From positions 82,894,001-82,958,000 of the forward strand of contig CM126209.1 in the NCBI GenBank assembly GCA_052327205.1: a stretch of DNA of 64,000 nt, read 5' to 3'. The notes under the pieces are model-generated. The model was given only the letters and a program-made list of their open reading frames with translations. It was not told where the DNA came from and ran no database searches. This DNA comes from Somniosus microcephalus (lineage: Eukaryota). The translations under genes and the position numbers were made by a program. Shown here piece by piece: positions 11,245 to 22,332 of the stretch (within the stretch, counting starts at the first letter, position 1; each line of letters opens with the position of its first letter).

Positions 11245-14200
11245 GGGATACTTGCAATTTGCCACCGGAATTAACTGGTTATAGAAACTGCTTGATTTTT
11301 ATTTCCACAGATTTCAATGGAAGTGACATTCAGGCGGTTTCTGTAACGGGTGTCTGATCGGCAGCACTAGTGAATCCCGGGTATCTGATCGGCAGTGCTA
11401 GTTAATCCAGGGCACCTGACCGGCAGCGCTAGTTAATCCCGGGCATCTGATCGGCAGCGCTAATTAATCCCGGGCATCTGAGCAGCAGCGCTAGTTAATC
11501 CCGGGCATCTGATCCGTGGCCGTAGTTAATCCCGGGTGACTGATCCGTGGCGCTAGTTAATCCCGGGTGACTGATCTGAGGCTCTAGTTAATCCTGGGTG
11601 ACTGATCGGCAGCACTAGTTACCCCCAGGCAACTGATCAGCAGCTAGTTAATTACGGGTGACTGATCAGCAGCACTAGTTAATCCCGCGTGCCTGTTCAA
11701 CGGCGCTAGTTAATCCCAGGCGCCTGATCAGCAGCTAGTTAATCCTGGGTGACTGATCGGCAGCACTGGTTATTCCCAGGCGACTGATCCGTGGCGCTAG
11801 TTAATCCCGGGTGTCTGATCAGCAGCGCTAGTTAATCCCGGGCATCTGATCGGCGGCGCTAGCTAATCCCAGGCGTCTGATACGTGGCGCTAGTAAATCC
11901 CGGGTGACTGATCTGTGGCTCTAGTTAATCCCGGGTTACTGATCCGTGGCACTAGTTAATCACGGGTGACTGATCGGCAGCACTAGTTAACCTCAGGCGT
12001 CAATTCCATGGCGCTAGTTAATCCTGGGCATCTGATCAGCGGCGCTGGTTAATCCCGAGCGCCTGATCAGATAGTTAATCCCGGGTGACTGATCGGCAAC
12101 ACTAGTTAATCCCAGGCATCTGATCGGCCGCGCTAGTTAATCCTGGGTGTCTGATCGGCGGTGCCAGTTAATCCCGGGTGTCTGATCGGCGGCGCTAGTT
12201 AATCCCGGGTGTCTGATCGGCGGCGCTAGTTAATCCTGGGTGTCTGATCGGCGGTGCCAGTTAATCCCGGGTGTCTGATCGGCGGCGCTAGTTAATCCCG
12301 GGCGTCTGATCGGCAGCACTCGTTAATCCCGGGCATCTGATCGGCGGCGCTAGTTAATCCCAGACACATGATCAGCAGTGCTAGTTAATCCCGGGCATCT
12401 GATCAGCAGTGCTAGTTAATCCCGGGCATCTGATCAGCAGCGCTAGTTAATCCCGGGCATCTGATCGGCTGCGCTAGTTAATCCTGGGCATCTGATCGGC
12501 GGCACTAGTTAATCCCAGGCACCTGATTCGTGGTGCTAGCTAATCCCAGGTGACTGATCCGAAGTGCTAGCTAATTCCGGGTGACTGATCGGCAGCTCTA
12601 GTTAATCCTGGGTGCCTGATCGGCAGCACTAGTTAATCCCAGGTGTCTGATCGGCAGTGCTAGTTAATCCCAGGCGTCTGATCGGCAGCGCTAGTTAATC
12701 CCGGGTGTCTCATCGGTGGCGCTAGTTAATCCCGGGCACATGATCAGCAGCGCTAGTTAATCTAGGGCGTCTGATCGGCAGCACTAGTTAATCTCGGGCA
12801 TCTGATCGGTGGTGCTAGTTTATCCCGGGCATCTGATCGGTGGCGCTAGTTAATCCCGGGCATCTGATCGGCGGCGCTAGTTAATCCCGGGTGCATGATC
12901 AGCAGCGCTAGTTAATCCAGGGTGTCTGATCGGCACGCTAGTTAATCCCGGGCATCTGATCAGCAGCGCTAGTTAATCCCGGGCATCTGATCGGCACGCT
13001 AGTTAATCCCGGGCATCTGATCGGCTGCGCTAGTTAATCCTGGGCATCTGATCGGCGGCACTAGTTAATCCCAGGCGCCTGATTCGTGGTGCTAGCTAAT
13101 CCCGGGTGACTGATCCGAAGTGCTAGCTAATTCCGGGTGACTGATCGGCAGCTCTAGTTAATCCTGGGTGCCTGATCGGCAGCACGAGTTAATCCCGGGT
13201 GTCTGATCGGCAGCGCTAGTTAATCCCAGGCGTCTGATCGGCAGCGCTAGTTAATCCCGGGTGTCTCATCGGCGGCGCTAGTTAATCCCGGGTGTCTGAT
13301 CAGCAGCTAGTTAATCCCAGGTGACTGATCGGCAGCACTAGTTACTCCCGGGCATCAGATCGGCAGCGCTAGTTAATCCCGGGCATCTGATCGGCAGCGC
13401 TAGTTAATCTAGGGCGTCTGATCGGCAGCACTAGTTAATCCCGGGCATCTGATCAGCGGTGTTAGTTTATCCCGGGCATCTGATCGGCGGCGCTAGTTAA
13501 TCTTGGGCATCTGATCGGCGGTGCTAGTTTATCCCGGGCATCTGATCGGTGGCGCTAGTTAATCCCGGGCACATGATCAGCAGCGCTAGTTAATCTAGGG
13601 CGTCTGATCGGCAGCACTAGTTAATCTCGGGCATCTGATCGGTGGTGCTAGTTTATCCCGGGCATCTGATCGGTGGCGCTAGTTAATCCCGGGCATCTGA
13701 TCGGCGGTGCTAGTTAATCCCGGGTGCATGATCAGCAGCGCTAGTTAATCCAGGGTGTCTGATCAGCAGCGCTAGTTAATCCAGGGCGTCTGATCGGCAG
13801 CACTTGTTTATCCCGGGCATCTGATCGGGGGCGCTAGTTAATCCTGGGCGTCTCCTCGACAGTGCTAGTTAATCCAAGGTGATATATCGGCAGCGCTAGT
13901 TAATCCTGGGCATCTGATGGCAGCGCTAGTTAATCCCGGGTGTCTGATTGGCAGCGCGGTTAAATCCCGGGTGTCTGATTCGTGGCGCTAGTTAATCCCG
14001 GGTGACTAATCGGCAGCACTAGTTAATGCCAGGCGTCTGACCCGTGGCGCTAGCTAATCCCGGGCATCTGGTCGGCGGCGCTAGCTAATCCCGGGCATTT
14101 GATCGGCGGCGCTAGTTAATTCCGGGCATCTGATTGGCGGCGCTAGTTAATCCCGGGCGTCAGATCGGCAGCGCTAGTTAACCCCGGGTGTCTGATCAGC

Positions 14201-17200
14201 GCTAGTTAATCCTGGGCATCTGATCGGCAGCGCTAGTTAATCAGACGTCTGATCCACGGCCGTAATTAATCTCGGGTGACTGATCGGCGGCACTAGTTAA
14301 TCCCAGGCATCTGACCCGTGGTGCTAATTAATACCGGGTGCCTGATCGGTGGCGCTAATTAATCCCGGGTGACTGATGCATGGCACTAGTTAATCCCGGG
14401 TGTCTGATCTGCAGCGCTAGTTAATCCCGGGTGTCTGATCGGCAGCGCTTGTTAATCCTGGGTGTCTGATCGGCTGCGCTAGTTAATGCCGGGTGATTTA
14501 CCAGCAGCGCTAGTTAATCCTGGGCATCTGATCAGCGCTAGTTAATCCTGGGTGTCGGATTGGCAGCGCTAGTTAATCCCGGGCGTCTGATCGGCAGCGC
14601 TATTTAATCCCGGGCATCCGATCTGCAGCACTAGTTAAGCTCGGGTGTCTGATCGGCAGCGCTAGTTAATCCCGGGTGTCTGATCGGCAGCACTAGTTAA
14701 TCCCGGGTGTCTGATCGGGGCACTAGATAATCCTGGGCGTCTGATCGGCAGCGCTAGTTAATCCAGGGCATCTGATCAGCAGCACTAGTTAATCTCGGGC
14801 ATCTGATCGGCGGTGCTAGTTAATCTCGGGCATCTGATCGGCGGAGCTAGTTTATCCCGGGCATCTGATCGGCGGCGCTAGTTAATCTCGGGCGTCTGAT
14901 TGGCAGCACTAGTTAATCGCAGGTGTCTGATCGGCAGCGCTAGTTAATCCTGGGCGTCTGATCAGCAGCGCTAGTTAATCCCGGGTGTCTGATCAGCAGC
15001 ATTAGTTACTCTTGGGCAACTGATCAGCAGCTAGTTAATCCCGGGTGTCTGATTGGCTGCGCTAGTTAAGCCCGGGCATCTGATCAACAGCGCTAGTTAA
15101 TCCCGGGTGTCTGATCGGCAGTGCTAGTTAATCCCGGGCGTCTGATCGGCAGCGCTAGTTACTCCCGGGCATCTGATCTGCGCCGCTAGTTAATCCTGGG
15201 TGTCTGATCAGCAGCTAGTTAATCCCGGGTGACTGATCATCAGCGCTAGTTAATCCCGGGTGACTGGCAGCACTAGTTACTTCTGGGCATCTGATCGCCG
15301 GCGCTAGTTAATCCCAGGTGTCTGATCAGCAGCGCTAGTTAATCCCGGGTATCTGTCGGTGGCGCTAGTTAATCCCGGGCATTTGATCTGCGGCGCTTGT
15401 TAATCCCGGGCATCTGATCTTCAGCGCTGGTTAATCCCAGGCGTCTGATCGGCAGCGCTATTTAATCCTGGGTGTCTGATCAGCTGCGCTAGTTAATGCT
15501 GGGTGTCAGTTCAGCAGCGCTAGTTACTCCCGGGCAAATGATCAGTGCCACTAGTTAATCCTGAGCATCTGATCAGCAGCGCTAGTTAATCCCGGGCATC
15601 TGATCTTCAGCGCTGGTTAATCCCAGGCGTCTGATCGGCAGCGCTAGTTAATCCTGGGTGTCTGACTGGCAGCGCTAGTTAATCCTGGGTGTCTAATCGG
15701 CTGCGCTAGTTAATGCCGGGTGTCCGATCGGAAGCGCTAGTTAATCCCGGGCATCTCATCGACAGCGCTAGTTAATCCCAGGTGATTTATCGGCAGCGCT
15801 GGTTAATCCTGGGCGTTTGATCAGTGCTAGTTAATCCCGGGTGTCTGATCGGCAGCGCTAGTTAATCCCGGGCATCTGAGCGGCAGTGCTAGTTAATTCT
15901 GGGCATCTGACCGGCAGCGCTAGTTAATCCCGGGCATCTGATCTTTGGCGCTAGTTAAACTGAGGCATCTGATCAGCAGCGCTAGTTAATCCCGGGTGTC
16001 TGATCGGCAGTGCTAGTTAATCCCAGGTGACTGATCGGCAGCACTAGTTAATCTCGGGCATCAGATCAGCGGCGCTAGTTAATCCCGGGCGCCTGATCAG
16101 CAGCTAGTTATTCCTGGGTGTCTGATCCGTAGTGCTAGTTACTCCCGGGCATCTGATCGGCGACACTAGTTAATCCCGGGTGTCTGATCAGCAGTGCTAG
16201 TTAATCCCGGGCATCTGATCGATGGCGCTAGTTAATCCCAGGCATTTGATTGGCGGCATTAGTTAATTCCGGGCATCTGATCGGCAGTACTAGTTAATCC
16301 CAGGTGATTGATCCGTGGTACTAGTTAATCCTGGGTGACTGATGGGCAACACTAGTTAATCCCAAGCGTCTGATCCATGGTGCTAGTTAATCCCGGGTGT
16401 CTGATCAGTGCTAGTTAATCCCGGGTGACTGATCGGCAGCACTAGTTACTCCCGGGCATCTGATCGGCGGCGCTAGTTAATCCCGGGTGTCTGACCAGCG
16501 GTGCTAGTTAATCCCGGGCATCTGATCGATGGCGCTAGTTAATTCCGGGCATCTGATCGGCGGCACTAGTTAATCCCGGGCGTCTGATTGGCAGCGCTAG
16601 TTAATCCCGGGTGTCTGATTGGCAGCGCTAGTTAATCCTGGGCGTCTCATCGGCAGCACTAGTTAATCCTGGGCATCTGATCTGCAGCACTAGTTAAGCC
16701 CGTGCGTCTGATCGGCAGTGCTAGTTAATCCCGGGCATCTGATTGGCAGCGCTAGTTAATCCCGGGCATCTAATCGGCAGCGCTAGTTAGTCCTGGGCGG
16801 TTGTTCCACTAGTTAATCCCGGACGTTTGATCCCTACCGCTGGTTAATCCCGGACGACTGATCAACAATGCTAGTTAACCCCGGGTGTCTCATCCACAGC
16901 GCTAGTTAGTCCAGGGCGTCTGATCAGCAGCACTAGTTAAGCCCGGACATCTGATCGGCAGCGCTAGTTAATCCCAGGTGACTGATCGGCAGCGCTAGTT
17001 AATCCCGGGTGTCTGATCGGGGCACTAGTTAATCCTGGGCGTCTGATCCAAGCGCTAGTTAATCCCGGGCGTCTGATTGGCAGCGCTAGTTAATCTTGGG
17101 AGTCTGATCCACAGCGCCAGTTAATCCCAGGCGTCTAATCGGCAGCGCTAGTTAATCACGGGTGTCTCATCAGCAACACTAGTTAATCCCGGGCATCTGA

Positions 17201-17643
17201 TCGGCAGCGCTAGTTAATCCCAGGTGTCTGATCGGCAGCACTAGTTAATACGGGCGTCTGATCGGCAGCACTAGTTAAGCCCGGTCGTCTGATTGGCAGC
17301 GCTAGTTAATCCTGGGCGGTTGTTCCACTAGTTAATCCTGAACGTTTGATCCCTAGCGCTAGTTAATCCCGGGTGTCTGATCCACAGCGCTACTTAATCC
17401 CGGGCGTCTGATCGGCCGCGCTAGTTAATCCCGGACAACTGATCAACAATGCTAGTTAACCCCGGGTGTCTCATCCACAGCGCTAGTTAATCCCGGACGT
17501 CTGATCAGCAGTGCTAGTTAATCCCGGGCATCTGATCCACAGCGCTAGTTAATCCCGGGCGTCTAATCGGCAGCGCTAGTTAATCCTGGGTGTCTGATCG
17601 GCAGCGTCAGTTAACCCCGGTGGCAAATTGAAAGTCTACTCCC
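11245..17643. mobile_element. MITE-like non-autonomous DNA transposon (possibly PIF/Harbinger) enclosing the 31-bp array
   Basis: Inverted termini gggatacttgCAATTTGCCACCGGaattaactg (11245-11277) and cagttaaccCCGGTGGCAAATTGaaagtctactccc (17608-17643), with a perfect 14-bp core. Confidence 0.75.
11345..17616. repeat. 31-bp minisatellite array, about 200 copies (consensus CTAGTTAATCCCGGGYRTCTGATCGGCAGCG)
   Basis: Directly visible tandem periodicity over ~6.3 kb in ARID5B intron 8, with no ORFs. Confidence 0.98.
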
Positions 17644-18784
17644 ATTATGTTCTTTGAAAGCTTTGTGCAGCACCAATCATTCTGAGTGCATCTTCGGTGT
17701 TTGATACAAGCCCGAGTTAACATCAGCTACCTCTGATTGTATTAAAAGGGATTTCATTACTGTGTTTCTTTCTGGTGAGCTACAGTCACATCAGACATAA
17801 AGACAAACAGCTCCTATTTGAAGCTGATAGATTGGCCTGATTTAGTGATCCTCCCCCCCCCCCCCCCCCCCCCCCCTTAGAAAAGCAGCGACTAAATATG
17901 TGGAAGCTACTGATTCAGGCTTTGCTACAGCACTTTAAAATGATTAAGTGGGGGCAGTGCATTGTCGGGCTGAATTGCGCTCAGTTTCAGAACCTGCACA
18001 GCATAATGTTTATTTTCAAGTGGATTATTTTGCATTCTCTGCAGAATAAATTCATTTGATTTTTCTATCTTGTGATGTGGTCTTGGATGCTGGATGGAAG
18101 CTTTTATTTTAAGCAAAGCAGGAATAATTTAATGCTGATGATTTCACTGATGTCCCTCAGGCTTTAACTGGTCCAAGCCTGCCTCTAGTTTGTTTTAATT
18201 CAAATCAGCTCAGATATTTTATAAGCAAATGTCTTAGTCAGCCTTAATTCACTCAGAAACTATCCATCACTGTCAGAATTTAATAAAAATTACCAGTCAC
18301 TTGGCTAAAGTTCTTCACTGCTCCAAATTTAATTAGTTGGATTACTGATGATTAACTGTAAAATCAGTGTTGATGCAGTTCTCTCTGTGAGGCTCTGCTA
18401 AGAGTGTGTTTAAAGTTAATTTTATTCAGGCCTATAATTAGGTTGTAAACATGGATCTGTTTGAGTTAATTTAAAAGACACAGACAGTATCTGCAAACTA
18501 TTCAAGGGATCTGTAATCAGCAAGTGGACTGTGAAGTTCAGCAGGATAAAAAAAAACTCCTTTATTTAGAACGTTAAGAGAACCTTCAGAGTATGAGGAT
18601 CTCTTGCTGCGCACCGCATCTTAAAATTGAAGACGGGATAATTCTCCCCGCATGTCTAGAAGCTGGCGCATTCTTCCCCTGTGTTGGCCAGCCGAGCTAT
18701 CTGCCCGTCTGAGCAATACAATGGGGTAGGTTTTCAACTTGCTGCCGAGCCTAAAACATTTGGTAGTGTATCGGAGAATTAAAC

Positions 18785-19797
18785 TGTAAGATTATGTGGC
18801 CATCTCCTAGTAGTAAGATAGAACCTACCTCAGATAGTCATTAGAACCCCGGAGCAGGCTGCGGAGACACAGGTACCGAGAGCCCGGGGGGACCCTGCAC
18901 CCCGCGGGTCAGAGTGCTCGGGGTCACAGTGTCCAGGGTTGGTGCGTGTTTGAATTGGCCTCTTCCTCCAGTGGTTATTGTCTTAATATGTTTCGCTGGT
19001 CCCACTTTATAAATAGCAGGCCCCAGAGCCTGAGCCACAGTTACATTGTTGGCTGAGGTGAGATTTCTCTCTCACCCGGGACCCTACTTCAGATCCTGGT
19101 CAGAGACGGTCCGGTGCTAAGCGCGCTCTCCCTGCTTCGGGCGGCCCGCTCGCTCCCGCAACCGGAGCGAAGTGTTCGGCGAGTCGGGCGGAGGCAGTGC
19201 AGCGCAACGAGCAGCAGCCACGACGACCCGCTAGAGCACGTCGGCCGGCAGCTCCTCGGCGGGAAGTCATTCCGACTGGGAGGAGGGGAGCCAAGCATGG
19301 CGGCCAGAGGCCGGACCGTGAGCGGGAGAAGCAGGCCCCGGGCCGTCGGACCGTGGAGCCGGCGACGGCGAGGAGGAGGCCGCGGCGACCAGAGCATTTA
19401 CATTCCGACTATGTGTTCGGCGAGTCGGGCGGAGGCAGTGCAGCGCAACGAGCAGCAGCAGCAGCCACGACGACCCGCCACAGCATGTCGGTCGACAGCT
19501 CCTTGGCGGGAAGCTCGCAGTCTGACTGGGAGGAGGGGAGTCAGGCATAGTGGCCAGAGGTCGGATCGTGAGCGGGAGAAGCAGGCCACCACACATGGAG
19601 CCGGCAACAGTGAGGAGGAGGCCGCAGTGACGAGGAGGATGGAGCGGCTGAGGGACATCGTGCTCCAACTGCCACTGGATGCCATTGATTTGACTTTCTG
19701 AACACGGCGCTGTAAGAATAGCTGACGTGTCCCTACGGGGGGAGTAAGCCTTCCATTGTACTAGTTACATATGGCAAATAAAATTGAATTGAGAACA
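18785..19797 (+). mobile_element. Unclassified GC-rich LTR-like or DIRS-like insertion with an internal ~180-bp direct repeat
   Basis: CpG-rich island in an AT-rich intron with TG..CA candidate ends. TATAAATA at 19008 and AATAAA at 19777. 19172-19348 is repeated at 19414-19587. No TSD found. Confidence 0.45.
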
Positions 19798-20269
19798 GGC
19801 CATAACAGGCTAAAAGGAGCTTTTTCAGTAAACAAGATCTGTTATTATATTAAAACAGGAGTGAACCTTCCTGACTGGTAGACAGTTGCGTGCTTCACTG
19901 CCAATTAGTAATGTCAGATCTGAACTTATAAAAATACATACAAGTTACAACATAGAAACGAGCCATTAGACCCAACTATCCCTGGTAAAACAGGGCCAGA
20001 TACGAATTGTTGAATGGTTTTATTTTGCAGACAGCAAGTGAACGTATAGAACAACCACTTTGCTTGTACTCACTTAATTCAATCAGTCCAACTTGTCTTC
20101 ATGTAATAATACAGAACAATGAACACGTTACATTTCTCCACATCATTGGGTCGTCTTACTACCTTCCTCATTCTAGTAGCTTTCTGGTGGTCAGTGTGTG
20201 TTCCTGCCCCTGTTTTATATCCCTGTGCCTACAACCTGAGGAGAAGACCAATATCAGATCGCCCTCATA

Positions 20270-20453
20270 CAAAAAGAAAATACCGCAGATGCTGGAAATC
20301 TGAAATAAAAACAGAAAATGCTGGAGAAACTCAGCAGGTCAGGCAGCATCTGTGAACAGAGAAACAGCGTTAACGTTTCAGGTTGCAACTCTGTTTCTCT
20401 CTTCACAGATGCTGCCTGATCTGCTGAGTTTCTCCAGCATTTTCTGTTTTTAT
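20270..20453. repeat. Long inverted repeat (fold-back) element, probably Penelope-derived
   Basis: Arms at 20305-20371 and 20387-20453 are near-perfect reverse complements. A single-arm relative lies at 55640-55768. Confidence 0.8.
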
Positions 20454-20871
20454 ATCCAATAGCCCTCGCCGAGTTCCTGGGACAATGGGGGGAGGTGAGG
20501 TGTTTACCACATAGAATTTACAGCACAGAAACAGGCCATTCAGCCCAACCAGTCCATGCTGGTGTTTATGCTCCACTCGAGTTTATCAGTTACTGAGACA
20601 GGCTGGTGAATTGCTTATTATTTATAGCCTTTGGGGAAACAATTTCAGGGTCCAGCTCATCAGCATTTTAACCAACTTTAGTCTTCTCGGTGCCTTTTCA
20701 AAAAAAACTTGCATGAATAAACTTTGTTTTAAAACACAACCCAGAAATGTAACTCTTCCCCCCCACCCACCCCCCTTCAAAAAAAAAAAAAAAACCCTTG
20801 CTGTGGAAAAATGGTCAAAGAATCCCTAAATGTGACCGATGGATATTTACATTTTGAAATGATGGGTATTA

Positions 20872-21212
20872 GCAGCCTAGAGGTCGTGAGTATAAACCCC
20901 ACTATGACAAATCACAAAGCTGAATTGAATAAATCTGGTGTTTTGAGCGCTGGCAGTCAGAATAATGGTCTTGTGGATTGTCGCAAGAACCCAATTGGTT
21001 CGTTAATATCCTTCGGGGAAGGGAACCTGCCGCCCTTACCCAGTCTGGCCTACAAGTGACTCCAGTTCGCCGCTATGTAGTTAACTCTTAATGCCCTTTT
21101 GAGGTATCCTATCAAGTCACTCGTTTGTAAAACAACCGCCACCATTTCTCAAGGGCAACTAGGGATGGGCAATAAATGCCGGCCTTGCCAGCGACGCCCA
21201 CATCCCGAGAAC
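20872..21212 (+). mobile_element. Second SINE-like family, with a gggcaataaatgccggccttgccagcgacgcccacatccc tail
   Basis: Homologous minus-strand copies at ~3843-4140 and ~24050-24160 within the window. Confidence 0.7.
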
Positions 21213-21913
21213 ACATTAAAAAAATTTTTTTTTTAATTAGTTCACTTTGGACTGCAGGAAATTCTGGAATTGCCCAGTAATGAATTTTTCACTCATAGAA
21301 AATAATTAACTGCAATTTCAGTGTTAAGAAAGTGAGTTTTTTTCAATCGCCCCAACTGTCTGTCGCTGTTGCAGGGGCAGCATTTTTAAATAATGGGACT
21401 TGGGACAGATTAGTTACAAGACCTGTGGATAGCCTCTCTATTCCCCCTCTTATCCTGACAAAAGCTTTCACAGAGGAGAATAATCTTGTTTCCACACTGT
21501 AATCTTTAGGTGGGATCTGACCAAGGTGTGTTAAGATAAAGCCAATGATTTCCTCCAGAAACTTCATCAGGACAGATCGACGGAGATATTTTTCTCAAAG
21601 TATCCCAAGCCTGACTTAAACAGGGGAAAGAAAGCTGGTTAATACCAAAATGTTAGTTAGGTGACTTTCTCATCAATGTGTCATGTTAATGGATTAATAA
21701 TAAAAGGATGACCTGCGCTGATTATTTTTCAAAAGAAAATATCATATTAACATCCTTGCGGCAAAATCCTGAGAATTAGTGACCACCACAGACTTTTTTT
21801 TGAATTACTGAGGAGTCTCAATGCCACAGATCATCAATATTAATTCACCTCTGGAACAGGCATTCAGATCCAGTGTGGACAGATGGAATGAAAGTGCCTT
21901 ATCTTTGATTAGG

Positions 21914-22332
21914 TGTCAGCTGTGCCTTTGTGGTGGCACTCTCGCCTCCGAGTTAGAAGTTTGTGGGTTCAAGCCCCATTCTAGAAACTTGAGCCCATAA
22001 CCCCTGCTGGCACTCCAGCGCAGTACTGAGCGCGTGCGGCACTTAGAGGCACCATCTTTTGGATGAGATGTTAAAACTGTCCTCTGAGGCGGATGTAAAA
22101 GAGATGGGGAGTTCTCCTCAGTGCCTTGGCCAATATTTACCCCTCAACCAACACCACTAAAAACAGATTGTCTGGTCATTTAACATATTGTTGTTTGTTG
22201 GATCTTGCTGTGCACAAATTGGCGGCCTAATTTTGCAACAGTGACCACACTTCAAAAGTACTTCAGTGGCTGTAAAGAGATTTGCCACCTGCTGAGGTCG
22301 TGAAAGGCGCTTTATAAATGTAATTTCTTTCT
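21914..22332 (+). mobile_element. SacSINE1-like SINE
   Basis: Colinear similarity with the 5326 copy, including B box and tail. Confidence 0.8.

Noticed and set aside
11345-17616. Possible CRISPR-like array (~31-bp repeats with palindromic character)
   Set aside because: The units are directly tandem with no unique spacers, there are no cas genes, and the context is a vertebrate intron.
19089-19701. Overlapping Arg-rich ORFs of up to 195 aa
   Set aside because: High GC content and an internal duplication open several frames on both strands, with no recognisable domain.
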